A DNA stretch of 39,255 bases, from contig JBDRKV010000068.1 of NCBI GenBank assembly GCA_043813745.1, positions 1 through 39,255 on the forward strand. The letters are read 5' to 3'. A program made the position numbers and the translations under genes. Within the stretch, counting starts at the first letter, position 1; each line of letters starts with the position of its first letter. Under the pieces are notes generated by a model. It was given only the letters and a program-made list of their open reading frames with translations, made no database searches and was not told the DNA's origin. Positions 9,176-17,968 of the stretch are shown in pieces. Source of the DNA: Candidatus Aenigmatarchaeota archaeon (GTDB lineage: Archaea; Aenigmatarchaeota; Aenigmatarchaeia; GW2011-AR5; GCA-2688965).

Positions 9176-9742
9176 ATGCCGCTTGAAATACTTTCGATGG
9201 ATTTGTTCCCGTTCGCAGCCACATTCTTGTTTGTTTTTGCCATTGTTTACGGGGTGCTGAGCATAACGAACGTGTTCGGGATAAAGAAAACTGTTTCTGC
9301 TCGTGTGAGGAAAGGCAGTGAATACACTGAACAGTCAACTTCGGAGATAAGCGGGCACCGTAAAGTCAATGGGCTTGTTGCAATCGTGTTCGGCTTTTTC
9401 GCTGCGAGCTATCCGCCGACTGTCGCGTTTGTGCAGGAATTCCTACCCATAGCAACCATACTGCTTATCATAATATTTTTCCTGGCATTGGTCAAAAAAC
9501 TAGTAATTGGTGATACGTCTAAATCTGGCGGAACCAATCGTGATCCAGTGCCGGTATTGGCCTTGCTGGCGTGCCTGATAATCTTCATAGCTGCTGCGCA
9601 ATCAAGCGGATGGATAACAAAACTGATACCAGGCGTGCCTGGGCTTGAACTGGAGACAATTTTGTGGGTATTTGGCGCGTTAGCTGTTGTCCTGATAATA
9701 TGGACAGCATACCGGTATGCTGATAAAAAGCAAACGCATTAA
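9176..9742 (+). CDS. Multi-pass membrane protein (paralog 1 of the 'PF..xFAIVxG.L' family)
   Basis: LFPFAATFLFVFAIVYGVL...RKVNGLVAIVFGFF. Confidence 0.8.
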   Translation: MPLEILSMDLFPFAATFLFVFAIVYGVLSITNVFGIKKTVSARVRKGSEYTEQSTSEISGHRKVNGLVAIVFGFFAASYPPTVAFVQEFLPIATILLIIIFFLALVKKLVIGDTSKSGGTNRDPVPVLALLACLIIFIAAAQSSGWITKLIPGVPGLELETILWVFGALAVVLIIWTAYRYADKKQTH

Positions 9743-9790
9743 TGAAGAGCGTAATTAAGTATAAATACATCTTTTTACAATATTCTTAAT

Positions 9791-10318
9791 ATGTGGTGGG
9801 AATGGATAATAGAGGAATGGAGCAATCTTGGCTTTTATGAATTCCTGCTGCCATGGCTTCTCACGTTTGCAATTGTATTCGGATTACTTACTAAAGCAAA
9901 ACTCTTTGGCGATGCCAACAAAAAAGTTTCCGGCGTAATCGCTCTTGTAGTGGCGTTTTTTGTAACGCCTTATGCCGGGCCGCAAATAGCTGCGTACTTC
10001 TCAACGCTATTCGCTGGCGCGGCTGTAGTATTATCAGCCCTGCTTGTCGGCGTGCTGCTTGTTGCCATGGTTGGCATAGAGATAAAATGGGGCAGCGAGA
10101 AGAAATGGATTAAATACTCGTCTGTGATGGTGCTCATCCTAATCAGCGTCGTGATATTCGTTGTTGCAGCAGGGGCTGCCATGTTTGGATTGGTTTGGAT
10201 TGACCTGCCTATATCATTGATATTCCTGGTGTTGCTCGTTGCCATAGCCATTGCTGTTGTCATGAGCAGCGAAGAAAAAGAGTCTGGCGGCGGTGGCGGA
10301 ACAACCAAGCCAGTATAG
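9791..10318 (+). CDS. Multi-pass membrane protein (paralog 2)
   Basis: LGFYEFLLPWLLTFAIVFGLL...KKVSGVIALVVAFFVT; TATAAATA about 30 nt upstream. Confidence 0.8.
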   Translation: MWWEWIIEEWSNLGFYEFLLPWLLTFAIVFGLLTKAKLFGDANKKVSGVIALVVAFFVTPYAGPQIAAYFSTLFAGAAVVLSALLVGVLLVAMVGIEIKWGSEKKWIKYSSVMVLILISVVIFVVAAGAAMFGLVWIDLPISLIFLVLLVAIAIAVVMSSEEKESGGGGGTTKPV

Positions 10319-10361
10319 TTTTCTTTTATAAATACATTTCTTCATATTATAACTGATTGAT

Positions 10362-10847
10362 ATGGCTGACCCATTCTCAGTACTTGTCGCCAATTTGCAT
10401 CAGCTCGGATTCTATGGGTTCATACTGCCGTTCATACTGATGTTTGCAATAGTTTTTGGACTTTTGCTAAAATACAAGACGCTTGGAGAGGACAAGCGCT
10501 TGATAGGCGTGATGTCGCTTGTTGTCGCATTTTTTGTAACGGGCTACCTGGCTGCGCCGCTTGGCGTGATACTAAGCAACCTGTTCGGTGCTGCCATCGT
10601 GGTATTGGCCGCGATACTTATTGTAGTATTGTTTGCCAACATGGCGGGATACGAGACAAAGGCGCTTACTGACAAGAAGGTTATGCTCGCTGTGCTCATA
10701 ATTGTTGCCATCGTTCTTTTCATTGCTTCTGGCGCGCTTGCAATATTCAACGTGGGCGCGATTGCGAACAACGCTGCTGTAGCTGCCATATTCATCATAG
10801 CAGTGATGGCTGTTGCCATATGGCTGATAGGCGGCGGGGATAAGTAA
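10362..10847 (+). CDS. Multi-pass membrane protein (paralog 3)
   Basis: LGFYGFILPFILMFAIVFGLL...KRLIGVMSLVVAFFVT; TTTATAAATA upstream. Confidence 0.8.
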   Translation: MADPFSVLVANLHQLGFYGFILPFILMFAIVFGLLLKYKTLGEDKRLIGVMSLVVAFFVTGYLAAPLGVILSNLFGAAIVVLAAILIVVLFANMAGYETKALTDKKVMLAVLIIVAIVLFIASGALAIFNVGAIANNAAVAAIFIIAVMAVAIWLIGGGDK

Positions 10848-10896
10848 GCCCGTTGCTGAGCTTGCGCGCAATGGGTTTCGCTTTGCTCAAGCCCAT
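10846..10896. terminator. Overlapping hairpins between convergent genes
   Basis: ATGGGTTT (10871-10878) can pair with AAGCCCGT (10846-10853) or AAGCCCAT (10889-10896); T-rich tract follows. Confidence 0.45.
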
Positions 10897-10932
10897 AATC
10901 CCTTGGAAACCCTTTTTCTTTAGAAAAATAAT

Positions 10933-11604
10933 TTAGCTTTGCTTTGACATGCGCGATAATTCTTCGATATTTTTCATCAATGACGGGAGAACTTGCTTGA
11001 ATGCGCGCTCTAAGCTTGCCATGCGCACATCAAGGTCTTCTAGTTTTTCATCAATATGAGTAGGCGTGTTCTCTGCCTGGCTGGGCTTGGATGCCAGGCG
11101 CTCCAGCTTGTTGTTCAACAAACGTAGTTCAGTGCGTAATTCTTGGACGTATGACTCAGAGCGCTCGATGCGTTTGACGAATCCATCCCACTTTTCATCA
11201 ACAACGCCCTCGACAAGCTCTTCAATCGCGACTTCTGGAGAGAGCTCGTCCGCGGACGGCATTGACGGTGATGTCAGTTCTGACTCTTCGCCTGTGATTT
11301 CGCTGGCAGTCGGCAGGTTTGTCTGGTACTGACTTAATACATCCTGATTGTTCTGCATTGGCGGAGCGTATGCAGTCGCTGGCTCTGGCTCATCAGAAAC
11401 AACCATTGGCGGAGCTTCTTCCTCACTGGCGCCTTCTTTCACAGCCTGCAGCATGGCCTTTTCAATATCAGCGTATGGATAGCCTTCTTCTTTTAGCCTG
11501 CGAATGATGTCACGGTCAGACATGCCGCTCTGCGACAGGCGCCTTACTTCGTCAACAGGCATGCCTGTGGAAGCATCTTCCTTCTTTTTCTTGAGACCGA
11601 ACAC
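10933..11604 (-). CDS. Hypothetical cytoplasmic protein (small helical N-domain, acidic/Pro linker, C-terminal coiled coil)
   Basis: GTG start; PVDEVRRLSQSGMSDRDIIRRLKEEGY, IEELVEGVVDEKW and heptad tail. Confidence 0.75.
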   Translation of the reverse strand: MFGLKKKKEDASTGMPVDEVRRLSQSGMSDRDIIRRLKEEGYPYADIEKAMLQAVKEGASEEEAPPMVVSDEPEPATAYAPPMQNNQDVLSQYQTNLPTASEITGEESELTSPSMPSADELSPEVAIEELVEGVVDEKWDGFVKRIERSESYVQELRTELRLLNNKLERLASKPSQAENTPTHIDEKLEDLDVRMASLERAFKQVLPSLMKNIEELSRMSKQS

Positions 11605-11652
11605 AACAAACCCTCTAATATGTTTAAAATATTATGTTTTTCACTATATAAA

Positions 11653-12066
11653 TTATTCATTTCCAACTGACATCTGTTTTTCCCTGAGCTCTGTGAGCTT
11701 GTTCTCTAGCTCGTCTTTGGTTACAAATTTTCCCGAGAGCGGGCTGAATAGATCGAACATGTGCTCAAGCTCCTTGATATCGCGACGCATGGCAAACTTC
11801 TCAACCTGCTTGTTAAACTTGTCAAAAACATTCTGGAAATTTATCAGGCGCTCTTCCATACCGTGAATGGTTGCTTCGAGCTCGGCAAGTTTTGTATCCG
11901 TGTCTTTTGTCTTGCGAAGCACGGTTGTCTCGACTGTTTTTGTGCGGTTGTCGAGCGCTTCCATTCTTTGCTCAAGTTCTTTCAGCCTGCGACTGTCGTT
12001 ATTGGAACGCCTTACAAGCTCTTGCAAAACGAGCTTTTCCTGTACAAATGGCTGGGCAGTTGGCAT
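11653..12066 (-). CDS. Coiled-coil protein, weakly ArlC/FlaC-like
   Basis: Likely start MPTAQ at 12066; long heptad repeat ending KELEHMFDLFSPL. Confidence 0.7.
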   Translation of the reverse strand: MPTAQPFVQEKLVLQELVRRSNNDSRRLKELEQRMEALDNRTKTVETTVLRKTKDTDTKLAELEATIHGMEERLINFQNVFDKFNKQVEKFAMRRDIKELEHMFDLFSPLSGKFVTKDELENKLTELREKQMSVGNE

Positions 12067-12139
12067 TATTATATTTTCTGAGAGCCTTGTATTAATAGGT
12101 TTCAGATTCCTTTGTTTCTTTGGAAATTTCAAATATATC

Positions 12140-12200
12140 TAAACAGCCTTTGAGGTTGTTTAACATATCTAATTTAGCTTTGCTAAATTAAATATATATT
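12140..12200. promoter_or_regulatory. Two tandem palindromes plus TATA-like element in the divergent pilus promoter region
   Basis: TAAACAGCCT-ttg-AGGTTGTTTA (12140-12162) and TAATTTAGC-ttt-GCTAAATTA (12170-12190), then AATATATATT. Confidence 0.5.
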
Positions 12201-12250
12201 AAGAGCGTATAATAGGTTTCAGGGAATATGGATGTAATAGAGGTTAGCAT

Positions 12251-14506
12251 ATGGTTTGTGATTATGCATACAATGAAGAGAAGAATGAAGTAAGGATAAA
12301 CTGTCTGAACTGCATCTACGGTTCTAGTATAGAGGACTTTGAAATATGCATGTCAAGGACAATAGATAAACTTTTGGAGATAAAGAAGCCTGCCACCATA
12401 GTCTTTGCAAAAGAGCGCGAATACGAGTATGGCCAGGATGATGCAGCAATGCTGCTTGAAATCGGCAATGCTGTCGAGCGCAGCCGCAATGTGCATCGCG
12501 TGATGTCCTTGAAGAATCTGAGCACGCCTGAATGCGACCATCAGGTCCCGGAGCGCATGGTATTCATACAGCGAATCCTGAAAGAAATAAAAATGGATCC
12601 CATAGTTGCTTACCGCCGCGTGCTGAGAGAGGTCCGGCATATACGCATGCTCGTGGAAAAGATGGATGATGTTGAATACAAATGCCATGATAATTTCGTA
12701 AAGAATTCATTGCTGCCCATAAAAACCGAGCTGGAAGCAACGCGTATAATACAACTCGCAATACCAACGCTCACGCAGATAAAAGGCCGGGAATTTTACA
12801 GAAAGCTGTTCCACCCGACCATAAGGCCGAACTTCATGTACACGCGATACATGGCAATGCCGCCCATGGGCGCAGAGCCTGTTGACTCGTATTCATTAGG
12901 CGACACGGATGTTGAAATATATTCATTGCCTGGAAAATTAAGAAAATTGTATCACATGATTCCGCCTGAATTCCGATTAACAGACGAAGAGTATATTATA
13001 TTGGACAAGGCGCGCAGCTATCTCATAGAACACCAGCCAAAGGAGAATGAGCTCACTGATCCTGACAAGATAAGGGAAAACATATACAACATCGGGCTTG
13101 ACATGCTGCGAGAGCTCGCGAGCGAGCGCGTTACTGAAGAACGACTGCGCATGCTTGCCGACATACTGACGAGATATACGGCCGGCTTGGGTATGCTTGA
13201 GTTGCTGCTCAAAGACAGTAAAATCCAGGACATCTCTATAAATTCTCCAATCGGGCAGATGCCTGCGTTCATATTTCATTCAGATTACATGGAATGCGAG
13301 ACGAACATAGTGCCGAGCATGGAAGATGCAAACAGCTGGGCAACAAAGTTCAAGTTGCGCTCAGGACGTCCGCTGGACGAGGCTAACCCTGTGCTGGACA
13401 CAGAAATATATGTTGCCGGAGGCAGCGCGCGTGTTGCAGCAATAACGCGAACGCTATCGCCGGAAGGACTTGGGTTTGCTTTCAGGCGACATCGTGACAA
13501 GCCGTGGACATATCCTCTGTTTATTCAAAATAACATGATTGATGCGTTCTCTGCTGGATTGATGTGGTTCCTTGTGGACGGTTCGAGGACGCTCTTGATA
13601 GCAGGCACGCGTTCGTCCGGTAAAACTGCATTCTTGGGTGCAACCATGATTCAGATAATGCCGAAGATAAGGATGATTACAGTAGAAGATACGCTGGAAC
13701 TTCCGGTTGCTAAAATGCGCGAGCTTGGTTACGATATTGAAAGATTGAAGAGTCGTTCAGTGATAACGCGCGTTGAAACCGAAGTGCCTGCAGACGAGGC
13801 ATTGCGCACGGCGTTGCGTCTGGGCGACTCTGCATTGATAATCGGCGAAGTCCGCTCGGTCGAAGCAAAGGCATTATACGAGGCAATGAGAATAGGTGCA
13901 CTGGCTAACGTTGTTGCTGGAACAATACACGGCGAGTCTGCTTACGGCGTATTCGATAGGGTAGTAAATGATTTAGGCGTGCCTCCGACTTCATTCAAAG
14001 CCACGGATGCGATTTTGATATGCAACATGCTGCGTTCGTCGGACGGCTTACGATCGTTTAGGCGCTGCGTTGAGTTGACCGAGGTCAGAAAACACTGGAA
14101 GAATGATCCTGTAGATGAAGGCGGATTTGTAAATCTATTGCAATATTCATCCAAAGAAGACAAGCTGAAGCCGACAGAAACATTGCTTGTCGGTGAATCC
14201 ACCATACTGAATAGCATTGCGGAGCGCGTGCGCGAATGGAGAGGGCAGTGGGAAAGCGTGTGGAACAATATAAAACTGCGCGAAAAAATTTTGCAAACGA
14301 TTGTTGATGTTGCCAACAAAACCGGCCGTCAAGAGTTGATGGAAGCCGATGTCATAATGCAGTCGAACAATCAGTTCCATCTCATATCAGGAAAGGTCAA
14401 GGACGAAGTGGGCTCGTTGGATAGCGAGATGATATACGACCAGTGGCTGAAATGGCTGAAGGATTACGCGGGCGGGAAAGAGGATATACTGTGGGAAAAA
14501 ATCTAA
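12251..14506 (+). CDS. Type IV pilus/type II-IV secretion assembly ATPase (VirB11/PilB/ArlI family)
   Basis: Walker A GTRSSGKT, Asp box ITVEDTLEL, Walker B ALIIGEVR, GTIHG; long N-terminal extension with CLNC. Confidence 0.95.
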   Translation: MVCDYAYNEEKNEVRINCLNCIYGSSIEDFEICMSRTIDKLLEIKKPATIVFAKEREYEYGQDDAAMLLEIGNAVERSRNVHRVMSLKNLSTPECDHQVPERMVFIQRILKEIKMDPIVAYRRVLREVRHIRMLVEKMDDVEYKCHDNFVKNSLLPIKTELEATRIIQLAIPTLTQIKGREFYRKLFHPTIRPNFMYTRYMAMPPMGAEPVDSYSLGDTDVEIYSLPGKLRKLYHMIPPEFRLTDEEYIILDKARSYLIEHQPKENELTDPDKIRENIYNIGLDMLRELASERVTEERLRMLADILTRYTAGLGMLELLLKDSKIQDISINSPIGQMPAFIFHSDYMECETNIVPSMEDANSWATKFKLRSGRPLDEANPVLDTEIYVAGGSARVAAITRTLSPEGLGFAFRRHRDKPWTYPLFIQNNMIDAFSAGLMWFLVDGSRTLLIAGTRSSGKTAFLGATMIQIMPKIRMITVEDTLELPVAKMRELGYDIERLKSRSVITRVETEVPADEALRTALRLGDSALIIGEVRSVEAKALYEAMRIGALANVVAGTIHGESAYGVFDRVVNDLGVPPTSFKATDAILICNMLRSSDGLRSFRRCVELTEVRKHWKNDPVDEGGFVNLLQYSSKEDKLKPTETLLVGESTILNSIAERVREWRGQWESVWNNIKLREKILQTIVDVANKTGRQELMEADVIMQSNNQFHLISGKVKDEVGSLDSEMIYDQWLKWLKDYAGGKEDILWEKI

Positions 14507-14516
14507 GGTGTGAAAA

Positions 14517-16541
14517 GTGTTTGATATCATAAAGAAAAAAAAGCCTATCGTGGTTGCGAAGAAGATAAAGGGAACGATAACAAGCCGCGAGTACAAAATA
14601 TACATGGGTGAGGAGCAGTGGGCCGGACGGACCGCGACGCTGTATGAAAAACTGGCCAAGAAGAGCCGCAAGATAATCGAGATCAAGCCAAACAAGGACC
14701 TGGCACTGAAACTACAGAAGGCGATTGACTTTGCACACCTGAACATGGAACCGACTGATGCGATGTCCTTTGCATTTGGCGTGGGCTTCTTCGGATCGTT
14801 GCTTTTGATATTACTCATGGTCCTTGGAGCACTTGGACTGCCGGGGCTTGATGTTACACTAGGGGTACTCGCCATAGCGATGATTGTCCCGCTTGCTTAT
14901 TTCCTAATGGTCTATCCTGTGCACCTGAAAAAAAAATTCGAGGTCAGGACAGGCTCGGAAATCGTGACCATGATACTGTACATGGCCATATACATGCGCG
15001 ATACGCCGAACATGGAGGGCGCGCTGCGTTTTGCCGCGGACAACCTCACTGGACCATTGGCTTATGAATTAAGAAAGCTGATATGGGACATCGAAATCGG
15101 GACGTTTGCTTCTGTGGATACGGCGCTGATGGACTATGCGCAGAAGTGGTCCGATAACAAGGCGTTCATGGAATCCCTGCAGGCCATGCGCGAGAGCCTG
15201 ACGCAGGTAGAAGAAAAACGCATGCGCATGCTTGATGAAGCTGTCAGCTTGATATTAAATGATACTGTTGAAAAGGCGGACAAATACGCGCGCGACCTGA
15301 AGATGCCCATAACAGTCATACACGCGTTGGGCGTTGTCCTGCCGGTGATGGGACTGGTACTCTTTCCGATGATAGCAATATTTTTGAACGTACCGCCCAT
15401 GGCACTCTTCATCGGCTACGACATAATACTGCCTGCTATACTTCTGTTCATCGTGATGAATGTCTTGCAGACTAGGCCACCGACATTTTCAAGCATAGAT
15501 GTCAGCACGAATCCGAACGCGCCGCCCCGCGGGAAATTCGCAATTTATGGAAAGACAAAGAAAAGATTTGTTTCTGCGCTTCCGTTCGGCATACTGATAG
15601 GGCTCATAATAGTAGGACTTGGCACGTACATGTTCCTCACTGTTCCCGAGGATAGTATTGAGGACACACTGATGCCATCCATAATAATCGTTGCCGGCAT
15701 TGCATCAGGGTTCGCCGTGTATTACCTTGCGTCGTCCCAACAAAACTTGAAGATAAGGAAAGATACGCGCAACATAGAGGATGAATTTCGCGAGGCGTTA
15801 TTCAGGCTGGGCAACCAGGTCTCTAGCGGCAGGCCAATAGAGAGTGCACTGGAACGGAGCCTTGACCAGATGGGCGAGCTTTCCATAAGGGAGATGTTCA
15901 AGAAGGCAATGGACAATATAAAAAATCTTGGAATGACTTTCGAAGCATCGTTCTTTGACAAAACATATGGCGCCATAAGATACTATCCTTCAAAACTTGT
16001 TAATTCTGTGATGAAAACTGTTGTGCGCTCCACGCAAAGAGGTCTTGCGACTGCATCCCAGGCCATGATATCCATCTCGTTGTTCCTGAGACGCGTGCAC
16101 GACACGCAGACAAAGGTGGAGGAAAACATGTCTGACGTGACATCATCCATGCAGTTCCAGGCATATTTCCTTTCTCCCATGGTCGCGGGCATTGTTGTCA
16201 CAATGGCCATAATGGTCATACGTATAGTGAAGCAGATCGGGCCTTCGCTTACCGGCATACAGGATGTTGCTGGCGGCGCCAGCGGGCTTTTCGGATTCAT
16301 GGGCGGCATGTGGGACCAGATGCCAATAACGTCCGGCGTGTTCCAACTCATCGTGGGTATTTATATGATAGAGAGCGGAATTATATTGTCCAGGTTCGTC
16401 AACGGCATACAAAATGGAGAAGATGAAACCGGATTGCAAGATTTGACTGGCAGCGTGCTGCTCATAGGAACAATAGTATATATTGTCTCGCTGTTGATAA
16501 CGCTGCTTATATTCGGCCCGATGACCGAGGGCATTGTGTGA
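14517..16541 (+). CDS. Pilus membrane platform protein (TadB/TadC/ArlJ-like, two GspF-type domains)
   Basis: Follows the ATPase; alternating TM clusters and cytoplasmic domains (PNMEGALRFAA...LAYELRK; LGNQVSSGRPIESAL). Confidence 0.88.
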   Translation: MFDIIKKKKPIVVAKKIKGTITSREYKIYMGEEQWAGRTATLYEKLAKKSRKIIEIKPNKDLALKLQKAIDFAHLNMEPTDAMSFAFGVGFFGSLLLILLMVLGALGLPGLDVTLGVLAIAMIVPLAYFLMVYPVHLKKKFEVRTGSEIVTMILYMAIYMRDTPNMEGALRFAADNLTGPLAYELRKLIWDIEIGTFASVDTALMDYAQKWSDNKAFMESLQAMRESLTQVEEKRMRMLDEAVSLILNDTVEKADKYARDLKMPITVIHALGVVLPVMGLVLFPMIAIFLNVPPMALFIGYDIILPAILLFIVMNVLQTRPPTFSSIDVSTNPNAPPRGKFAIYGKTKKRFVSALPFGILIGLIIVGLGTYMFLTVPEDSIEDTLMPSIIIVAGIASGFAVYYLASSQQNLKIRKDTRNIEDEFREALFRLGNQVSSGRPIESALERSLDQMGELSIREMFKKAMDNIKNLGMTFEASFFDKTYGAIRYYPSKLVNSVMKTVVRSTQRGLATASQAMISISLFLRRVHDTQTKVEENMSDVTSSMQFQAYFLSPMVAGIVVTMAIMVIRIVKQIGPSLTGIQDVAGGASGLFGFMGGMWDQMPITSGVFQLIVGIYMIESGIILSRFVNGIQNGEDETGLQDLTGSVLLIGTIVYIVSLLITLLIFGPMTEGIV

Positions 16542-16545
16542 TCAT

Positions 16546-16680
16546 ATGGAACTGACCGAAATGATGCCGAAGGCGTGGATAGCCGTCCTGATAACGGTAA
16601 TCATCTTCATGGTGCTGATGCTGATTGCATCAAACGCGATTAGCGCGGCTACAGAACAGTTTGGAGTTGTTGGTGTATGA
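16546..16680 (+). CDS. 44-aa single-TM pilin-like microprotein
   Basis: MELTEMMPKAWIAVLITVIIFMVLMLIASNAISAATEQFGVVGV*; fills the gap after the platform gene; ATGA overlap with next ORF. Confidence 0.7.
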   Translation: MELTEMMPKAWIAVLITVIIFMVLMLIASNAISAATEQFGVVGV

Positions 16681-16853
16681 AAGGTAAAAAAGGTATTTTG
16701 ACGACCATGCCCGCATTACTCGTGACTATTATTTTTGTAGCACTTGTCGCGCTAATCATTGTTACTGTTGTTCTGCCTGCACTAAGCGGCGCAAAAACCG
16801 CGGGCGGAAATATTTTTGCTAAATTTGCTAGCTTGATTTTCGGTGGCTCCTGA
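16677..16853 (+). CDS. 58-aa pilin-like protein with class III signal peptide
   Basis: MKGKKG|ILTTMPALLVTIIFVALVALIIVTVVLPALSGAKTAGGNIFAKFASLIFGGS*; ATGA and TGATG coupling on either side. Confidence 0.8.
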   Translation: MKGKKGILTTMPALLVTIIFVALVALIIVTVVLPALSGAKTAGGNIFAKFASLIFGGS

Positions 16854-17956
16854 TGCAAAATGAAATGCTTATCACAATAGTAATCCTGGCAGTAACTGTT
16901 ATTGTAATCATTCTAATGACCAACAGCAGCGGGCTTTTTCAGGAGGAAAATAAGCTGACTGACAAGAAAACGCCGCCATACGTGAAGCTCGTTGACGCTG
17001 AATTGAAAATAAGCTGGGAGGGTCCTTTTTCTGACGAGAAATCAAAATCCGTTGTTGAGGAACTGCTTGGGCTGAAGCGCCAGTGGTACAGGTACCATGT
17101 TGAAATCAACAACATGAAATTAAGATACGAAGGCACGAAACTGCCGATGCACGACATACATCCTGTGCTCGAGGTAAAGGGCACAGAGTTAAAGGACGTT
17201 GACGTGAACGGCGATAGCGATTCGTTCAAGCTGACGCAGGAGATGCTAAGGGACGGCATATTCACGATAGATAACATAAAGCTGCGCAGCGACGTGGACA
17301 GCTTTATCGCGCCGCAGACCATTGAGGCCGATAATAATATCATAATAAAAGAAAATGTAATGGTGAGCTTCTGGGAAGAGACCGAGCGATTCATCCAGAA
17401 CTACAAGGAGAATAGCCAAATCAATTTATTGAGCATTGGCTGCCCGGACTTTGATGATTGCGACTGGCTGGGCGCGATATCCGTGCCGTCCATAGGCTAC
17501 AGGTACACAGCGGGCTCAAGCTCGCTCACCGGAAAAATAGAATTCACATCACCGGTCTCCACTGACATAAAGCAAGGAGATGAAACATCCCTGCGCTTCA
17601 AAATAATAAACACCGGCAGCCTGGACTGGACGCGGAATGACAACACATTGAGCGACGACAAGATAGCCGTGTTCATACGCGGGTGCGCAAATGGCGTTAT
17701 TGCTAAAAAAATATTCAAGCTAGAAGACACCACTATCGTGAGAAAGGGCGAGTCAATACTGTCGGATAATTTCCTTGGCGATACAAAATGTAAAATACCC
17801 TCGAACTATAATGATATATTGGTAATGGTAATCGCCAACTGTAATTTAAATAATGATCTGGGAGGCGACATACCGTGCAGCAACACTGCCGGAGCAGACG
17901 ATGATCCTACAAAGGCTTTTGCCATAGACCAGATGTTTCCATTCAGGACCGAATAG
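16853..17956 (+). CDS. Minor pilin-like/exported protein, N-terminal TM, Ig-like C-terminal region
   Basis: MQNEMLITIVILAVTVIVIILM; C-terminal IKQGDETSLRFKIINTGSLDW resembles CARDB/Ig strands. Confidence 0.7.
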   Translation: MQNEMLITIVILAVTVIVIILMTNSSGLFQEENKLTDKKTPPYVKLVDAELKISWEGPFSDEKSKSVVEELLGLKRQWYRYHVEINNMKLRYEGTKLPMHDIHPVLEVKGTELKDVDVNGDSDSFKLTQEMLRDGIFTIDNIKLRSDVDSFIAPQTIEADNNIIIKENVMVSFWEETERFIQNYKENSQINLLSIGCPDFDDCDWLGAISVPSIGYRYTAGSSSLTGKIEFTSPVSTDIKQGDETSLRFKIINTGSLDWTRNDNTLSDDKIAVFIRGCANGVIAKKIFKLEDTTIVRKGESILSDNFLGDTKCKIPSNYNDILVMVIANCNLNNDLGGDIPCSNTAGADDDPTKAFAIDQMFPFRTE

Positions 17957-17968
17957 TTGTGTGATGAC

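Noticed and set aside
12251-16541. Archaellum operon
   Set aside because: No recognisable archaellin, ArlH (KaiC-like) or ArlF/G; pilin set fits an adhesive type IV pilus
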